Below, piece after piece: positions 56,110 through 64,000 of a stretch of DNA of 64,000 bases. The stretch lies in the NCBI GenBank assembly GCA_963702435.1, contig CAVPCR010000004.1, positions 608,001 through 672,000 on the forward strand, written 5' to 3'. The translations under genes and the position numbers were made by a program. Origin of the DNA: Candidatus Eiseniibacteriota bacterium. Lineage in GTDB: Bacteria > Eisenbacteria > RBG-16-71-46 > CAVPCR01. Within the stretch, counting starts at the first letter, position 1; each line of letters starts with the position of its first letter. Under the pieces are notes generated by a model. It ran no database searches and was not told the origin of the DNA. It saw only the letters and a list, made by a program, of their open reading frames with translations.

Positions 56110-59100
56110 TCAGCGGAGCATGACCATCTTCGTGGTCAACGTCCGCTCACCGGCAACCAGGCGGCAGTAGTAGGTGCCGGAGGCCATCACCCGCTCTCTG
56201 TCATCGCGGCCGTCCCATGCCGCCGTGTAGACGCCCGCCGCGAGGGAGCCTGAAGCCAGCGTGCGCACCGAGCGCCCGCACAGGTCGTAGATCCTGAGCG
56301 TGACGGGGCCGGCCGCAGGCAGATCGAAACGAATCGTCGTCACCGGATTGAAAGGATTGGGGCAGTTCTGGTGCAAGGTCAGAGCTAAAGGCGGTACCAC
56401 GCCGCCGGATTCCCCGCCGATGTAGGCATACGCGGTCTCGTGGTCGGCGACGGGCGCCGGCGTGTCCCCCGAGGTGAATTCCCGATCCTCGTAGTAGATG
56501 ACGAATCGCTCGATGCTGCCCTCATCGCCGGTCCCATCATCGGATACGGCGAGGAACCAGGGATGGAAGCTGTCCGGGGGCAGGTGCTCTTCCGCGTCGC
56601 TCAGGTCCACGTCCCTGAACAGGTCATCGGAGTCATCGCCCTCCCGGTCGCACACCGTCTTGATCCAGACCGGGTTGGCGGGGTCGCCGGCCCCCACCCT
56701 GACCACGAGATCGCCGCGGAACGGATGCTGGATCGCGAACTGCGCCCGGATCGACGCCGGCGCGGACCCGATGAAGGCGTGACTGGTCCGTCCGTCGCTG
56801 ATCGCGATCGGAAGCCCGGCGGCGCTGTAGGTCGCATCGTCGAAGGTGAGCGCGAAGGCCGTGATGCTGCCCTCGTCTCCGGTTTCGAGGTCCGTGACTT
56901 CCAGGAACCAGGGATGGGTGCGGTCGGGGGGCAAGTAGTCCACCGCCGCGCAGACATCCACATCCATCACCAGGCCCTGGGCGTCCTCGCCCTCGCGATC
57001 CGAGACGGTGGTCACCCAGTCCGGGTCGGCGGGATCGCCGGCGCCCACTCTCACCACGAGATCCCCACGCCACGAATGTTCGATGTCGATGTGCGCTTGG
57101 CAGGAGAAAGTGGATGAGGGAGACGAACCGATGTAGGCATAGCCGGTCTCCAGATCCGGCACCGTGACGGGTGGGTCGCTCGAGCTGAAGAACAAACCGT
57201 GATGGCTGATCGTGAATTCGACAATGCTGCCCGCGTCTTCGGTTTCCTCGTCCGCGACCGCGAGGAACCACGGGTGCGAGTCATCCGGGGGCAGGTAGGC
57301 GGCCGCGCCGCTCAAGTCGACATCGGCGATCAAGTCGTCAGCGTCGCCGCCCTCGCGATCGGAGACCGTCGCCACCCAGTCCGGACTGGCGGGATCGCCG
57401 GCGCCCACCTTCACCACGAGATCCCCGCGATACGGGTGCTGGATCTCGACGTGGGCGAACGAGGAGGAAGACGGCGATGAACCGATCAGCGCCTGGCTGG
57501 ACTCGCCGTCCACGATGTCAACGGGGAGGCCCGCGGCGGCGTACTCGCGGTTGTCATATCGGATCGTGAAGGCCCCGATGCGTCCCTCATCGCCGGCGGC
57601 CAGGTCCGACACCAGGAGAAACCACGGCTGGGCGCTGCCGGGCGGCAGGAAAGCCACAGCCGCGCTCAAGTCGACGTCCAGGATCAGATCGTCGGCGCTG
57701 CCGCCCTCTTCATCCGATAAGGTGATCACCCAATCCGGGTTGGCGGGATCGCCCGCTCCCAGCTTGACGGAGAGATCTCCACGATAGGGATGTCGGATCT
57801 CGATATGCGCATAGTCCGCGGGGGACGCCGCGGCGATGGCGTGGACATAGCCGCTCTCCAGAGCCGGGTTGCCGTCCGCCCGCTCGGTTCCCGGGTGCCA
57901 GAGGAAGTCCGGATGCTCCGTGGCGGAGGGGCCTTCCCAGCTGCTGGGGCCGGAGACGGGGTTGCCCGCGTCGTCCACCGTGCATCGGAACTCATACTTG
58001 ACGGTCTGTTCCCAGGTGCCGACGAAGTCGGAGCTCACGGCGTCGGTCGCGTAGTACACGCGACAGGCGAATCGCGCCTCGTCGCCGCTGCGCTCCACCT
58101 CTTCCATCTCATAGCCGTAGATCGGGTGGTTCCACACTTCCTCGTAGCAGTCCAGGTCCATGACGACCGGTTCGTCCTGGCTCACGATGTGCTGGATCAG
58201 GACCACCATGAACTCGTCGGGATAGATATCGTCGAGATCGTCGCCCGAGCCGTAGTAACGGTTGCCCCAGGTGCCGTCGCTCTGGGCGGCGTTGTGCCAC
58301 TCGGTGAGAATGCCCTTCTTGTCGGCCACGCTGAAGAAGATCCCGCCCGCCGCCGCGGCGACTGCCGGTTCCGGTTCGAGGATCGACGCGGCTGCCCAGC
58401 CGTTGCAGTGCCCCCACCAGGTGTTCTTCTGGTCGGTGGTCCGATGGTTGTCGAACTCCCAGCTCGTGGCGTAGGGCGACGGGAAGGACCCGCTCTCGGC
58501 GCGCACGTAGTAGTCGTACTTGTCGAGTGGTCCGTCCTCTTGCCAGAGACGTTCTCCGCCGCCGCTGTCCAGCATCGGCCACCAGTAGCCGGACCAGGCC
58601 AGCGTGGACGTGGACGCTTCGGAGGTGCGATCGAGAACGTCACCCTTCGATCGTCCTCGAGACCAGGGGATCTTCCCGGTCGACGCGGCGAGAGGCCACC
58701 AGCGGCCGCCTGCGGGCGCCCCGAACTCGACGCCGGTGTCGATGTCGCCGCTCTCGCCGGGCGCGCGATGCGTCCCGGCGGGACCTCCGGGGTGATGGAC
58801 GGTATCCACGATGAGCTCGGCTACGAGGCGACCGTCATTGACGGTGGTGCGGAGCGGCCAGGGAAGGCCGGGGCGCCACGTCTGGACGATCCGGGTGCTG
58901 CCGGAGGACAGCCGCACCGTGCTCTCGCCGGCCTCTTGTTCCAGGTGCTGATCGGCCTGGATCGTAAAGCCGTTCGGTCCGTTGATGCAGTGCTCGTAGC
59001 GGAAAGTGCCAGCGGCCGCGGGGCCGAACACCGGCATCGAAAGCGGAACGTAACCATAGGCCGTGACGGTGGGGCCCGGATCCGACCTCCGGTACCAGTG

Positions 59101-59520
59101 AATGATCTTCTTACCGGTCCATCCGGAGGGATAGACCTCGAGTCGTCTGAGGGTCAGCGATTCCTGATCGAAGAAGACGCGATAGCACTCGCGGGTCAAG
59201 TCGGCCGATTGACAAGTCACGGCGACGGCAATTGCCGGGGCGCCGTCCACGAGCAGCTCGCGTTCCACCGCGAAGCGCCAGCGACCGGTGGTTTCCGCCG
59301 CCCGCGCCGGGTTCTCGGGACCGAGAATCGACTTCTGTCGGACCAGGACCTCCCAGCTCGAGCCCATCTCCCAACGCGGTCGGTCAAGCGTCGACTGCCC
59401 GCTGGCGAGGACGGACCCTGCGAGCAGGGAGATGAGCAGAATGAACGCGAGAATCGGTGCAGCCGGCCACAACGAACGCGAGAATCTGACGCGGCAATGA
59501 TCCCTACCCTGGCGTGTCAC
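56110..59520 (-). CDS. Large secreted protein: unknown N-domain, transglutaminase-elicitor-like domain, 4 P-domain-like repeats, FlgD/T9SS-like CTD
   Basis: Signal peptide; WSGYWWP, GPLDKYD, WWGHCNGWAAAS, VWNHP, HPDFLW; four H..RGDL.V...WFL.V.D...D.G.I repeats; PNPFNPVTTIRF...WDGRD...ASGTY. Confidence 0.8.
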   Translation of the reverse strand: MTRQGRDHCRVRFSRSLWPAAPILAFILLISLLAGSVLASGQSTLDRPRWEMGSSWEVLVRQKSILGPENPARAAETTGRWRFAVERELLVDGAPAIAVAVTCQSADLTRECYRVFFDQESLTLRRLEVYPSGWTGKKIIHWYRRSDPGPTVTAYGYVPLSMPVFGPAAAGTFRYEHCINGPNGFTIQADQHLEQEAGESTVRLSSGSTRIVQTWRPGLPWPLRTTVNDGRLVAELIVDTVHHPGGPAGTHRAPGESGDIDTGVEFGAPAGGRWWPLAASTGKIPWSRGRSKGDVLDRTSEASTSTLAWSGYWWPMLDSGGGERLWQEDGPLDKYDYYVRAESGSFPSPYATSWEFDNHRTTDQKNTWWGHCNGWAAASILEPEPAVAAAAGGIFFSVADKKGILTEWHNAAQSDGTWGNRYYGSGDDLDDIYPDEFMVVLIQHIVSQDEPVVMDLDCYEEVWNHPIYGYEMEEVERSGDEARFACRVYYATDAVSSDFVGTWEQTVKYEFRCTVDDAGNPVSGPSSWEGPSATEHPDFLWHPGTERADGNPALESGYVHAIAAASPADYAHIEIRHPYRGDLSVKLGAGDPANPDWVITLSDEEGGSADDLILDVDLSAAVAFLPPGSAQPWFLLVSDLAAGDEGRIGAFTIRYDNREYAAAGLPVDIVDGESSQALIGSSPSSSSFAHVEIQHPYRGDLVVKVGAGDPASPDWVATVSDREGGDADDLIADVDLSGAAAYLPPDDSHPWFLAVADEETEDAGSIVEFTISHHGLFFSSSDPPVTVPDLETGYAYIGSSPSSTFSCQAHIDIEHSWRGDLVVRVGAGDPADPDWVTTVSDREGEDAQGLVMDVDVCAAVDYLPPDRTHPWFLEVTDLETGDEGSITAFALTFDDATYSAAGLPIAISDGRTSHAFIGSAPASIRAQFAIQHPFRGDLVVRVGAGDPANPVWIKTVCDREGDDSDDLFRDVDLSDAEEHLPPDSFHPWFLAVSDDGTGDEGSIERFVIYYEDREFTSGDTPAPVADHETAYAYIGGESGGVVPPLALTLHQNCPNPFNPVTTIRFDLPAAGPVTLRIYDLCGRSVRTLASGSLAAGVYTAAWDGRDDRERVMASGTYYCRLVAGERTLTTKMVMLR

Positions 59521-59645
59521 CTCGCACCTGCCTTGACATCGAGCCCTCTAGCCTTCTGCGGGAGCGATGAGGAGCCCAAGACAGACGCTGATTGTACCAT
59601 GGGGGCGGGTTCCGCTTCGCTCCCGCGCACCGCGGCGCGAACCGC

Positions 59646-62051
59646 TCACGCTCGCCGGACGACAACCACCGTGAGATCGTCGCCGAGCCCGCCCGCGCCG
59701 GCGAAGTCGCGCGCCGCCTGGACGATGCGGTCGCGGATCGCGGTGGCCGGGAGGCCGTCGGTCGCGGCGAGCACGGCGATGAGCCGCTCCTCCTCGAAGA
59801 ACTCGCCGCCTGCGTTCTGCGCTTCCACCACGCCGTCGGTGTAGAGCACGAGCACGTCGCCCGGCAGGAAGGGGACGGTCGTTTCCTCGTAGCTCGTTTC
59901 GGCCACCACGCCGAGGAGGAGGCCGCCGACCGCGAGATTCTCGATCGCGCCGCTCGCCCGCCGGAGGAGCGGCGGGTTGTGCCCGGCATTGGCGTAGACG
60001 AGGCGGTTCGTCTGCGGCAGGAGGAGGGCGATGGCCGCGGTGATGAAGCGGCCCGGCTCGGTCGAGGCGATCACGAGCTCGTTCAGCTCGCCGAGCACGT
60101 GGTTCAGGTGTCCGGGGTGGTGGGCGTGGCCGCGGAGCCCGGCCTGCAGGTTCGACATGAGGAGAGCGGCCGGCACGCCCTTGCCCGCGACGTCCGCCAC
60201 CGAGATGAGGAGCCCCTCGCCCCAGACCAGGAAATCGTAGGAGTCGCCGCCGACCTCCCGGCTCGGGATGGAGGTGCCGGCCACGTCGAGCCCGGGCACC
60301 TCGGGCACCGCGGTGGGGAAGAGGCGGCGCTGGATGGACTGGGCGACGAGGAGCTCGCTCTTCATCGCCTCGCCCTCGACGGCGAGCCGGCGCCGCTCCT
60401 TGAGACCCTGCGCCATCCCGTTGAAGGCGTCCGCGAGCTCGCCGAGCTCGTCGCCGCGCTCGAGCTCGATCCGATGATCGAGATCGTCCTCGGCGAGCTT
60501 CTTCGTGCCCTGGTGCAGCGCGCCCACCGCGCCGTGAATGCTCCGTGCGATGCGGACGCCGACCGCGATCGAGGCGATCTCGACGAGGAGGACGAGGCCG
60601 CCGAGCACGCTGAGGGCGATGAGCACGACCTGGTTGAATGGATTGGCGGCGGTGTTGCGGAGGTCGGCGAGGAGGCGGCGGAGAGGCGTCTTCACCGCCA
60701 CCATGGCGTCTTGCTGATGGCGCATACCGTCGGCGTCGAGCGCGAAACCGCTGATGATCTGGGCGCCCGAGTAGGTGCCGCCCGGCCCGGGCGCGCTCCC
60801 GGCGACGGTCAGGGGGCGGCCCTTCTGCTCGCCGAAGGAGATCTGGACCCCACGGTCTCCCGCCTCGACGGCGAGCGAGTCGGTGGTGACGATCCGCATC
60901 TCGGTCTCGATGCGCCGCGCCACGTCCGCCGCGCGCGCGGAGTCGAGCAACGCGAAGGAGCGGATCGCGATCTCCGCCCCCGGCTCGCCGCGGCGGACCC
61001 CCGTGGTGATGTAGGACCGGTCACCGGCGAAGACGAGGAACGGCTCGTCGACCGCGGGCAAGGGTTCGCGCATGAGCGCTATTTCTTGCGGCACACCGGC
61101 GCGCGGAGCGAAGCGCATCGTGAACCGGGTCGTGTCCGCGAGCTCGCGACGACTCGCGACGAGGAAGAGGGTGGGCGGGACCAGGTGGCGGCGGGCGAGT
61201 GAATCGAGCGCGGCATCGGCGGCGGCCCGGTTGCCCACGGAATCGGTCGCGGTGAGCGCCGTCGCGAGCTCCGGCGCGGCGAGGATCGCCTCGAGCCCGC
61301 GCTCGGTCTCGGCGCCGGGTTCGAGGAGGCGGGCGGCGACGAGCGCGCGGTAGCTGCCCATGGCGAGGTAGGCGGCGGCGCCGATGAACAGCGCGAGGAG
61401 GAGCGCCGGGATCGCTCCCACGAAGATGTACGACGTGAGGAGGCGCGTGCGCAGGCGGAAGCGGTCGAAGATGCGGCCGGGGAACTGGACGAGGAGCGCG
61501 GCGGCGAGCGCGGCCGCGAAGGAGAACACCGCCGCGGAGAGCGCGCGGAGGACGGTGGCGAGGCCGCCGGGGAGCGGCGGCAGTCCGTGCGCGGCCGCCG
61601 CTCCTAGAACGAGGGTGAGGATCGCGGCGAGGAGGAGGAGCGCGCGCGCCCGGAGGCCGACCTGCCGATCGAGCCAGCCGAGCGCGAGCGTCACCGGGAG
61701 GAGGAATACGCAGAGGACCGCAACCGGCGCTTCGCCGGTGGCGGCGAGGACCACCGCCCCGAACGCGCCCGGGATCACGAGCAGGCGGTGGCGCCAGCGG
61801 CCGATGCCGGGGAGCGAGAGCGCGGCGATCCCGGCCGCCGCCGCCCCGAGGAGCGCGGCGAGCGCGATGGCGAGGAGGAGCGCCAGGGGGCGGAGCGGGA
61901 TCCAGCCCGCGACGGCGGCCACGAGCAGTGCCGCGAGGACCGCGGCGCCGAGGCGTCGGAGCCGCGTGCGCGGCGAGTCCTCCGGAGCCGTGGCCAGGTG
62001 CGTGGCGAGGGCGCCGGCGAGTGCGGCGAGGGTCGAGAGGAGCGCGATCAC
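59646..62051 (-). CDS. Membrane-bound HAMP + PP2C/SpoIIE (RsbU-like) phosphatase
   Basis: Many N-terminal TMs, HAMP (DELGELADAFNGMA), VGGDSYD, VADVAGKG, NAGHNPP, YTDGVVEA, DDLT; GTG start with GAGGA RBS. Confidence 0.92.
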   Translation of the reverse strand: MIALLSTLAALAGALATHLATAPEDSPRTRLRRLGAAVLAALLVAAVAGWIPLRPLALLLAIALAALLGAAAAGIAALSLPGIGRWRHRLLVIPGAFGAVVLAATGEAPVAVLCVFLLPVTLALGWLDRQVGLRARALLLLAAILTLVLGAAAAHGLPPLPGGLATVLRALSAAVFSFAAALAAALLVQFPGRIFDRFRLRTRLLTSYIFVGAIPALLLALFIGAAAYLAMGSYRALVAARLLEPGAETERGLEAILAAPELATALTATDSVGNRAAADAALDSLARRHLVPPTLFLVASRRELADTTRFTMRFAPRAGVPQEIALMREPLPAVDEPFLVFAGDRSYITTGVRRGEPGAEIAIRSFALLDSARAADVARRIETEMRIVTTDSLAVEAGDRGVQISFGEQKGRPLTVAGSAPGPGGTYSGAQIISGFALDADGMRHQQDAMVAVKTPLRRLLADLRNTAANPFNQVVLIALSVLGGLVLLVEIASIAVGVRIARSIHGAVGALHQGTKKLAEDDLDHRIELERGDELGELADAFNGMAQGLKERRRLAVEGEAMKSELLVAQSIQRRLFPTAVPEVPGLDVAGTSIPSREVGGDSYDFLVWGEGLLISVADVAGKGVPAALLMSNLQAGLRGHAHHPGHLNHVLGELNELVIASTEPGRFITAAIALLLPQTNRLVYANAGHNPPLLRRASGAIENLAVGGLLLGVVAETSYEETTVPFLPGDVLVLYTDGVVEAQNAGGEFFEEERLIAVLAATDGLPATAIRDRIVQAARDFAGAGGLGDDLTVVVVRRA

Positions 62052-62158
62052 GAGTCGGGATTCCTCATGTGATGGCCCTATGTGATAGCCCGGGACGGCG
62101 GCGCAGTCTACCACGCGGCCGCGCTCGCCCCGGTTCGGATGCCGGTACAATGGCGGGC

Positions 62159-63031
62159 ATGGATGAGCCCACGGTCGCTCTCGAGCTGGCCCGAGCGGCC
62201 GCGCGCCTGCGCCAGGCGGGGGTCGACACGCCGGAGGTCGATGCCCGCCTGCTCCTCGGCCACGTGCTCGGGCTCGCCGCCCCCGCCCTCGTGCTCGAGC
62301 GCGACCGCCGCCTCACGCCCGCCGAGGAGGCCGCATTTGCCGATCTCCTCGCCGCGCGCGCGGCACGCCGGCCGCTCCAGCATCTCCTCGGCGCGGTCGA
62401 CTTCCACGGGCGCCGCTTCCGGGTGGCGCCCGGCGTCCTCATCCCACGCTTCGAGACCGAGTGCGTCGCCGCCCTGGCGACCACGATGCTCGATGAGCTC
62501 GCGGCCGCCCCGGGGTGTCCGCTCCGCGCGGCCGACATCGGCACCGGCACGGGGGTGATCGCGATCACGCTCGCCGCCGAGCGGCCCGCGCTCCAGGTCG
62601 TCGCCACCGACTGCTCGCGCCCGGCGCTCGCGCTCGCCGCGGCGAACGCGAGCGCTCTCGGCGTGGCCGCGCGCGTCGGCCTCATCGCCGGCGATCTCAG
62701 CGCGCCCATCGCCGCGGGAGCGCTCGATCTCCTCGTCGCGAACCCACCCTACCTCGCCGCCGAGATCCTCCCGGCGCTCGCGCCCGAGGTGCGCGACCAC
62801 GATCCGCGCGGCGCCCTCGACGGCGGCCCGGGCGGGCTCCGCGTGATCGCGCGGCTCCTCGCCGACGCGCCGCGCGTCCTCCGCCCGGGCGGGCGTCTCG
62901 TCCTCGAGATCGGCGACGAGCAGGGGGCTGCCGCGCGCGCACTCGCGGCGGCGAGCGGGCTCACCGCGATCGCGGTGCACCCGGATCTCGCGGGGCGCGA
63001 CCGCATCCTCGCCGCCACCCGTGCCCGGTAG
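62159..63031 (+). CDS. prmC: Release factor glutamine methyltransferase
   Basis: PLQHLLG, VLIPRFETE, DIGTGTG, NPPY, ALDGGPGG, DLAGRDR. Confidence 0.95.
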   Translation: MDEPTVALELARAAARLRQAGVDTPEVDARLLLGHVLGLAAPALVLERDRRLTPAEEAAFADLLAARAARRPLQHLLGAVDFHGRRFRVAPGVLIPRFETECVAALATTMLDELAAAPGCPLRAADIGTGTGVIAITLAAERPALQVVATDCSRPALALAAANASALGVAARVGLIAGDLSAPIAAGALDLLVANPPYLAAEILPALAPEVRDHDPRGALDGGPGGLRVIARLLADAPRVLRPGGRLVLEIGDEQGAAARALAAASGLTAIAVHPDLAGRDRILAATRAR

Positions 63032-63178
63032 CAGAGATTCTCCCATCGCCCGGCTCCTTTTTGGTTATTGTGGCACCGGTCCCGGCAATCCTCTGCACAG
63101 GAGACACGAGCGAGAACACGAGGAGCGCGCGTGAGCACGACGGCTCTAGTCTTCAAGGTGCCCCGCCTCGAGGTGGTC

Positions 63179-64000
63179 ATGGACAAGTTCGTGATTCAAG
63201 GCAACACCCGGCTCGCCGGCGAGATCCAGGTGTCCGGATCGAAGAACGCGGTCCTGCCGATGATGGCCGCCACCATCCTGACGAGCGGAACCTGCGTGCT
63301 CCGCCACGTGCCCGTCCTCCGCGACGTCTCGACCATGGCCTGGGTGCTCGGCGTGCTCGGGATCGGCGTCCACCAGGAAGGTGACACCTTGACCCTCGAT
63401 GCCGCCGACTGCGCATCGGTCGAGGCGCCGTACGAGCTCGTGAAGACGATGCGCGCCTCGATCTACGTGCTCGGCCCGCTCCTCGCCCGCTTCGGCCGCG
63501 CTCGCGTCTCGCTCCCCGGCGGCTGCGCCTGGGGACCGCGCCCGGTGAACCTGCATCTCATGGGCCTCGAGGCGCTCGGCGCGCGCGTCGAGATCGAGCA
63601 CGGCTACATCGTGGCGGCAGCCGAGCGGCTCCGCGGCGCCCGCATCCATCTCGACATCGCCTCGGTGGGCGCCACCGCGCAGCTCATGATGGCGGCCGTC
63701 CTCGCCGAGGGCACGACCGTGATCGAGAACGCGGCGCAGGAGCCGGAGCTCCCCGCGCTCGCCGACTACCTGAACGCGCTCGGCGCGCGGGTCGAGGGAG
63801 CGGGCACGGGTACGATCACGATCCACGGCGTCACGGCGCTCCAGCCGGTCGATCATGCCGTGATTCCCGACCGCATCGAGGCCGGCACCTTTCTCATCGC
63901 GGGGGCGATGGCGGGCGAGGAGGTGACCGTGACGCGCCTCGTGCCGGGCCACCTGACCGCGCTTCTCGATCACTTCGAGCGGGCCGGCATCGAGACGGCG
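63179..64000 (+). CDS. murA: UDP-N-acetylglucosamine 1-carboxyvinyltransferase, 3' truncated by the window edge
   Basis: Not in the ORF track because it has no stop in the window. Translation MDKFVIQG...SGSKNAVLP...MRASIYVLGPL...PGGCAWGPRPVNLH...SVGAT...IPDRIEAGT. Confidence 0.96.
   Translation, partial: MDKFVIQGNTRLAGEIQVSGSKNAVLPMMAATILTSGTCVLRHVPVLRDVSTMAWVLGVLGIGVHQEGDTLTLDAADCASVEAPYELVKTMRASIYVLGPLLARFGRARVSLPGGCAWGPRPVNLHLMGLEALGARVEIEHGYIVAAAERLRGARIHLDIASVGATAQLMMAAVLAEGTTVIENAAQEPELPALADYLNALGARVEGAGTGTITIHGVTALQPVDHAVIPDRIEAGTFLIAGAMAGEEVTVTRLVPGHLTALLDHFERAGIETA

Overview
High-GC bacterial chromosomal segment, mostly core genes. It holds the 3' end of a family-B DNA polymerase, tRNA-Met, guaB, purKE, a full F1Fo ATP synthase operon plus gltS, a lone pntA (part 1), tyrS, a cysteine desulfurase/queG/tsaD cluster, priA, ilvC and the rho-rpmE-DUF1385-prfA-(insert)-prmC-murA block. 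The MurA motif (PGGCAWGPRP) and the secreted-protein tails suggest, by inference, an FCB-related candidate lineage such as Eisenbacteria, Latescibacterota or Krumholzibacteriota. Accessory tracts lie at about 13.0-16.1 kb (decayed integron-like cassettes), 25.0-28.6 kb (LuxR/beta-helix protein, IS3 remnant, Cys-rich secreted protein) and 56.1-62.1 kb. Main leads: (1) two unrelated secreted proteins share a short C-terminal [VI]ExxTWGx[IV]KxxY tail, a candidate uncharacterised sorting signal, alongside four proteins with FlgD/T9SS-like C-terminal domains; (2) a secreted transglutaminase-elicitor-like enzyme with four apparently circularly permuted P-domains; (3) three sigma54 promoters, one pointing at a structured non-coding region; (4) an unknown Rossmann-like, Cys-rich gene translationally coupled to queG; (5) several apparently leaderless genes. 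Frameshifts in atpA, atpD and rho look like assembly consensus artefacts. All calls come from reading the sequence; no searches were run.
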